Of a DNA stretch of 64,000 bases, positions 59,655 through 64,000 are shown piece by piece (positions within the stretch are counted from its first letter, which is position 1; each line of letters starts with the position of its first letter). The position numbers were made by a program, and so were the translations under genes. The notes beneath the pieces were generated by a model. That model made no database searches. It was given only the letters and a program-made list of their open reading frames with translations, and had not been told where the DNA came from. Where the stretch lies: assembly GCA_002395065.1 (NCBI GenBank), contig DGVS01000007.1, positions 67,981 to 131,980 of the forward strand. The letters are read 5' to 3'. Origin of the DNA: Bacillales bacterium UBA4278 (GTDB lineage: Bacteria > Bacillota_I > Bacilli_A > RFN20 > CAG-826).

Positions 59655-60296
59655 ATGAAATATCTCGTCATTGCATCAACATTATTCGTCATTGGATCCC
59701 TCTTTGGTTGGGTTATCGAACTCTTCTTTCGCAGATTTGTTTCCCAAAAGAAATGGATGAATCCTGGATTTCTTGTCGGTCCATATCTTCCAATTTATGG
59801 ATTCGGAGTTCTTTGTTTATATGCGGTGAGTAATATTTCGTTTGGAATTAGTGAACATTGGTTAGATGTTATCGTTCACATCTTTTTGATTGGAGTTTTA
59901 ATGACGGTGGTTGAATTTATCGCCGGTTTAATCTTCATCAAAGGCTTAAAAGTTAAATTATGGGACTACTCCAAACGAAAAGGAAACATCATGGGCATCA
60001 TTTGTCCATCATTCTCCTTAATTTGGTTAGTTGTTGGGTCCTTGTATTTCTTTTTCCTTAATCCATCGCTTGTAAAAGTTATTAGTTGGATTAGTGAAAA
60101 TTTAATCTATACATACTTTATTGGTGGAGTTATTGGAGCAATGATTGTTGACTTTGCTTACTCACTCCATTTGGGAATTAAAGTGAAACAGTTTGCTGAA
60201 CTTTCAGGCCAACGTTTTGACTCAATAAAAAAGGAACTTATAAAAAAACTGGCTTCACTAACCAAAAAGCCTCAAGAAAATACGGAGAAAAATTAA
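59655..60296 (+). CDS. Membrane protein, DUF1113/'putative ABC-transporter type IV (CmpB-like)' family, tentative
   Basis: GWVIELFFRRF...NPGFLVGPYLPIYGFG conserved N-terminal block. Confidence 0.45.
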   Translation: MKYLVIASTLFVIGSLFGWVIELFFRRFVSQKKWMNPGFLVGPYLPIYGFGVLCLYAVSNISFGISEHWLDVIVHIFLIGVLMTVVEFIAGLIFIKGLKVKLWDYSKRKGNIMGIICPSFSLIWLVVGSLYFFFLNPSLVKVISWISENLIYTYFIGGVIGAMIVDFAYSLHLGIKVKQFAELSGQRFDSIKKELIKKLASLTKKPQENTEKN

Positions 60297-60297
60297 G

Positions 60298-61851
60298 ATG
60301 AAAGTTGCTATAACTGGTGCTAGTGGACACATGGGTGAAGTTCTGTTTGAAACACTACTTAAAGAAGAGAATATTGAACTAATAAAAGTTCTTCGTTTCC
60401 ACAAGAAGGAAACTAATAAATTAATTAAAAAGAACCAGCAATTCTCGGTTAAAATCTCTGCAATTGACGGTTCAATCGCTGATGAAGAAGCGGTTAAAAA
60501 ACTTTGTGATGGAGTCGATTATGTTCTTAATTTAGGAGCATTAATTCCACCTCATTCAGACCACAATCCACAAGGTTCAATTGAAGCTAATGAGATTGGT
60601 CCAAAAGTGCTTTGCAAAGTTATTGAAGAAATGGGTGAAAATCAACCAAAATTAATTCACATTTCAACCGTTGGATTATTTGGTGATCGTGACCAAAATC
60701 ATCTTTTCGGAAGAGTCGGTGATCCGCTCCTAGTTTCACCATTTGATATTTATGCTTTAACAAAGATGCGCGGCGAATTTACTGTTCTTGAGAGTAATGT
60801 CAAAACATGGACAGTTTTACGCCAAACCGCCATGCTTTACGATAAGCTTCTAATGGCGAATATTTCTGATGGATTGATGTTCCATACTTGTTTTAATTCT
60901 CCACTAGAATGGGTAACAGCAAAAGATTCGGCAATCCTAATTCGCAATATTTTGCGTCGTGACCAAGCTGGAGAACTAAACGAAGATAACTTCTGGAAAC
61001 ACTGTTTTAATATTGGCGGCGGTCCAAAAGGAAGAGGTACAGGTAGTGAAACATTTGATTTAGGTTTCAAAATGATTGGTGCATCCACCAAACAATTTTT
61101 TGACCCAAATTACAATGCGACACGTAACTTCCATGGTGTCTTTTACAGTGACTCTAATCAACTTCAAGAACTCTTCCATTTCCAAGAAGACAGTCTTGCT
61201 GGTTTCTGGGATGATGTCTTAAAAAGACATAAGTATTTCAAGATGGGACGAATTGTTCCAAAGAAACTTCTCAAATTAATTATTATTAAACGTCTTTTAA
61301 GAAGCTCGAATGCTCCACGTTATTGGTACAAACACAAAGACGAAGCAAAAATGCTGGCCTATTTTAACGGAAGCAAAGCTTACGAAGCTATTCCAAAGAG
61401 ATGGGATGATGTTTATTTGCTCGCCGATGGCAAAGATAAACACGGAAACAAAATCGATTATGAGCAAATAAAAAACACACCAACTTACACACATCTTCCT
61501 TTTGATATCTCTAAACCTCGAAATGAATTAACCAAAAAAGATCTTGAAGCATACGCTCAATATCGCGGAGGTAAACTTCTTAGTAAAGATTTCTCCAAAG
61601 GAGATATCTATCAAAAACTCCATTGGTTAGATCATAATGGAGTGGAATTTATTGCTTCTGCTCACACAGTTCTTTACTGCGGACATTGGCACAATGTTTC
61701 ATATGATAAATATGCTTGGGATTTTGATAAACAAGCCAAATTAGACCAACTCTGTGCTGAAATTTGGTATGATGCCCATGAAAAAAATGAAGATCGTTAC
61801 TACTGGTACGATGAAAACTTCGTTGCCCACTATAAATCAATTCATGAATAA
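60298..61851 (+). CDS. NAD-dependent epimerase/dehydratase-family protein with about 200-aa C-terminal extension
   Basis: N-terminal MKVAITGASGHMGEVL Rossmann motif; contains the dispersed 19-mer in-frame (NQQFSVK). Confidence 0.6.
   Translation: MKVAITGASGHMGEVLFETLLKEENIELIKVLRFHKKETNKLIKKNQQFSVKISAIDGSIADEEAVKKLCDGVDYVLNLGALIPPHSDHNPQGSIEANEIGPKVLCKVIEEMGENQPKLIHISTVGLFGDRDQNHLFGRVGDPLLVSPFDIYALTKMRGEFTVLESNVKTWTVLRQTAMLYDKLLMANISDGLMFHTCFNSPLEWVTAKDSAILIRNILRRDQAGELNEDNFWKHCFNIGGGPKGRGTGSETFDLGFKMIGASTKQFFDPNYNATRNFHGVFYSDSNQLQELFHFQEDSLAGFWDDVLKRHKYFKMGRIVPKKLLKLIIIKRLLRSSNAPRYWYKHKDEAKMLAYFNGSKAYEAIPKRWDDVYLLADGKDKHGNKIDYEQIKNTPTYTHLPFDISKPRNELTKKDLEAYAQYRGGKLLSKDFSKGDIYQKLHWLDHNGVEFIASAHTVLYCGHWHNVSYDKYAWDFDKQAKLDQLCAEIWYDAHEKNEDRYYWYDENFVAHYKSIHE
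60434..60452 (-). repeat. Dispersed 19-mer TTAACCGAGAATTGCTGGT (intragenic copy, reverse orientation)
   Basis: ACCAGCAATTCTCGGTTAA on top strand. Confidence 0.8.
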
Positions 61852-62503
61852 AAAATACAAAGCTCTTTTTCTTGATACAGATGGAACTCTTCTTGATACA
61901 CTTCAAGATATTTTAAGTGCAGTTAACTCCGCTTTAAAAGAATGTGGTTATACCAAGCAATATCAATACGAAGAAGGAAAGAAACTCATCGGTGGTGGAG
62001 CATATAAGCTCGCCGAACGAGCAATTTCCTTTGCAACCCCAAGTAAAGAAAAATATGAACAATTTCAAAATCTTTTCTTTGAGAAATATCTTGAAATGCA
62101 AGACGCAACAACAAAACCATTTAAAGGAATGACAGAACTTCTTCTTTCACTAAAAGAAAATTACGAGTTATTCATTGTTTCGAATAAACCTCAATTCCTT
62201 CTTGACGATATCATTAAGAAAACATTTCCAGAAGGGTTATTTATTGAAACCTGTGGTCATAAACCAAAGAACCCAGAAAAACCAAACCCAGTTTTAATCA
62301 ATTATCTTGTCGATAAGTATCATTTAAATAAAAAAGAATGTCTTTTTATTGGTGACTCTATCACTGACATTCAAACCGCGATTAATGGAAATGTTGACTC
62401 ATGTTTAGTCACTTATGGCTATGGAGTCAACATTGATTCATTTAAAGAAAAAGCCACATTAGTGGCTAATTCAGTTGAAGATTTAGCTAAGCTACTGAAG
62501 TAG
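61844..62503 (+). CDS. HAD-family hydrolase (phosphoglycolate-phosphatase-like)
   Basis: Start reassigned to ATG 61844; motif I FLDTDGTLLDT, motif IV GDSITD. Confidence 0.75.
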   Translation: MNKKYKALFLDTDGTLLDTLQDILSAVNSALKECGYTKQYQYEEGKKLIGGGAYKLAERAISFATPSKEKYEQFQNLFFEKYLEMQDATTKPFKGMTELLLSLKENYELFIVSNKPQFLLDDIIKKTFPEGLFIETCGHKPKNPEKPNPVLINYLVDKYHLNKKECLFIGDSITDIQTAINGNVDSCLVTYGYGVNIDSFKEKATLVANSVEDLAKLLK

Positions 62504-63764
62504 TAGTTGGTATTTCGTTTGCTTTTTGTAGCGAAATCTTGGTAATCACTGGACCTAGGAGCTCATAGATGATTGTGGCGGTTAAGACAACTGCAAGAAT
62601 CATCGAGCTCTGTTTTTCTAATCCTAGATGCGCTAACTCTTGACTTGCTGTTGTTGCTAAACCAATCGCCACACCGGCTTGTGGAAATAATGTAAAACCT
62701 AAATATTTTTGAACAGTTGGTTCAGAATGCGTGAGTTTTGCTGAGGAAAATGCACCTAAGTATTTACCTAAGCATCTGGAGATGATGTAGACCAAGGAGA
62801 CAATCACAACAATTAAAGCAGAGTCGCTTGCGAAGATCGTGATATCAAGTGATGCACCAGAAATGACAAAGAAAAGCATATAAAGTGGTGGAGTGAATTG
62901 ATCCACTCTTTCGATTGTGCGCATCGCATCACTTCTAAAGTTAATAAAGATGGCACCAATCATCATACATCCTAATAGTGGAGAGAATGATAGATTTGTA
63001 CCCAGGATTTGCCAGTGATTTTCTGTGCAAAGCATGGATAAACCAACAATGGTTAACACTGCGCATATAACCATAATCATTCTATTGGCACGTGATTTGA
63101 AGAATTTGCAGCCAAGAGAAACTAAGAATCCAAGGATTGTTCCAACAACGAGTGAACCAATAATTTCAATAAGAGGTACAAGTAAAATTTCTACCGCAGA
63201 AACCGAACCATTTCCTGCAAAAGCCTTAGATAATGCGAATAAAACAGCGAACGTAATTAAGGCCACAGCATCGTCAAATGCGACTACTGGAATTAATGTT
63301 GAAACAAGTGGTCCTCGAGCTTGATATTGACGAATGACCATAAGTGTCGCAGCAGGTGCCGTGGCACAAGCAATTGCGCCAAGAGTAAGAATAATTGAAA
63401 CAGGAAGTTGATCGCCTAAGAAAATACGGGCGATAAATAAACCGCCAATGGTAAGAATTGCTCCTCCGAGTGCTTCAAAAAGAGTGATTAAAACGATTCT
63501 TTTTCCAACCGCCTTCAAAGAAGAAGTCTTAAATGAAGTACCAATTGTGAAGGCAATAAAGCCTAACGCAATCTCGCTAATCCATTTAACCGCCGATAAC
63601 TTTCCTTCATCCCAACCGCCAATGTATTTTCCAAGTAAAAATGGGCCAAAAATAATTCCGGATAAAAGATATCCAGTAACGTTTGGTAGACGTAAAACTT
63701 TCATCAATCTTGATGATAAAAGTCCAACCAAAAGAGCTAAGGCAATACAAAGAATTTGATTCAT
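62487..63764 (-). CDS. Cation:proton antiporter (CPA/NhaP-KefB-like Na+/H+ exchanger family)
   Basis: 12 TM-like segments; N-terminus LPNVTGYLLSGIIFGP typical of CPA1/2. Confidence 0.8.
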   Translation of the reverse strand: MNQILCIALALLVGLLSSRLMKVLRLPNVTGYLLSGIIFGPFLLGKYIGGWDEGKLSAVKWISEIALGFIAFTIGTSFKTSSLKAVGKRIVLITLFEALGGAILTIGGLFIARIFLGDQLPVSIILTLGAIACATAPAATLMVIRQYQARGPLVSTLIPVVAFDDAVALITFAVLFALSKAFAGNGSVSAVEILLVPLIEIIGSLVVGTILGFLVSLGCKFFKSRANRMIMVICAVLTIVGLSMLCTENHWQILGTNLSFSPLLGCMMIGAIFINFRSDAMRTIERVDQFTPPLYMLFFVISGASLDITIFASDSALIVVIVSLVYIISRCLGKYLGAFSSAKLTHSEPTVQKYLGFTLFPQAGVAIGLATTASQELAHLGLEKQSSMILAVVLTATIIYELLGPVITKISLQKANEIPTTTSVA

Positions 63765-64000
63765 TTAGAAACTGCCTTCGAAACTTTCTAGTGGTGAAGT
63801 GAACATTCCACCTTTGGTATTTGTGAAATTACCCGTCTTTTCACGGATAATTTGTTTCACTTCTTCAATATTTTTCTCATCCAAAATGAAGTAAACAGTG
63901 GTGTTTTGCGTGAGTTTATGTTGGTCGATATGACTTAACGAAACGAACTGCAAAGTGTCTTCTCTTTCATCCTCAAAAACGTGTTTTAAGGAAGTAGACG
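63765..64000 (-). CDS. Partial CDS (C-terminal part; gene start lies beyond the window end), unknown; possibly antiporter-associated
   Basis: Frame open to the window edge. Confidence 0.35.
   Translation of the reverse strand, partial: STSLKHVFEDEREDTLQFVSLSHIDQHKLTQNTTVYFILDEKNIEEVKQIIREKTGNFTNTKGGMFTSPLESFEGSF

Noticed and set aside
1-64000. CRISPR arrays
   Set aside because: No regularly spaced direct repeats of 24-40 bp were seen. The only tandem repeats are the intragenic Big_2 units.

Overview
This 64 kb window is low-GC chromosomal DNA that looks Firmicutes/Mollicutes-like. Several features point to an Acholeplasma/Erysipelotrichia-like lineage using the standard code: many lipobox lipoproteins, weak Shine-Dalgarno sites, and Opp permease/ATPase genes carrying very large insertions. 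TGA is used as a stop and tRNA-Trp has a CCA anticodon. Gene order: an ABC-2 transporter pair, an SDR, an ATP-grasp gene, thyA-folA, a split RCK(TrkA)/TrkH K+ uptake set, GatB/YqeY, a metallophosphoesterase, tRNA-Trp, a Sel1-repeat protein, a divergent aldehyde dehydrogenase / XRE-regulator pair, and a giant surface nuclease (endonuclease-I domain + Big_2 repeats). A small accessory islet follows (about 18.9-23.3 kb): a Phd/ParE TA module flanked by duplicated terminators, a GH114-like lipoprotein, an orphan gene, a GC-rich structured non-coding patch, a RhuM-N/PLD-like fusion gene and a PAP2 phosphatase. Next come a 1523-aa surface protein with tandem Big_2 repeats and a C-terminal clostripain (C11) domain, a degenerate paralogous 3' remnant of it, an IS3-family element with a 3-bp TSD (orfA frameshifted), and a VapBC-like TA pair. 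The rest is a DtxR/MntR-family regulator with a CDF exporter and glutathione peroxidase, a beta-helix lipoprotein, a Cof HAD, malQ, glgB, a cell-envelope S8 protease directly upstream of an oppA-(lipoprotein)-oppBCDF operon, an HI0933-like flavoprotein, tRNA-Arg, a zinc-metalloprotease lipoprotein, an NAD-epimerase-family protein, a HAD phosphatase and a cation:proton antiporter. The most unusual sequence-level signal is a dispersed 19-nt motif, TTAACCGAGAATTGCTGGT. It and close variants occur at 10 or more sites on both strands, mostly as terminator hairpin loops but also embedded in three reading frames of unrelated genes. All calls are from reading the sequence and recalled family signatures; no database search was run.
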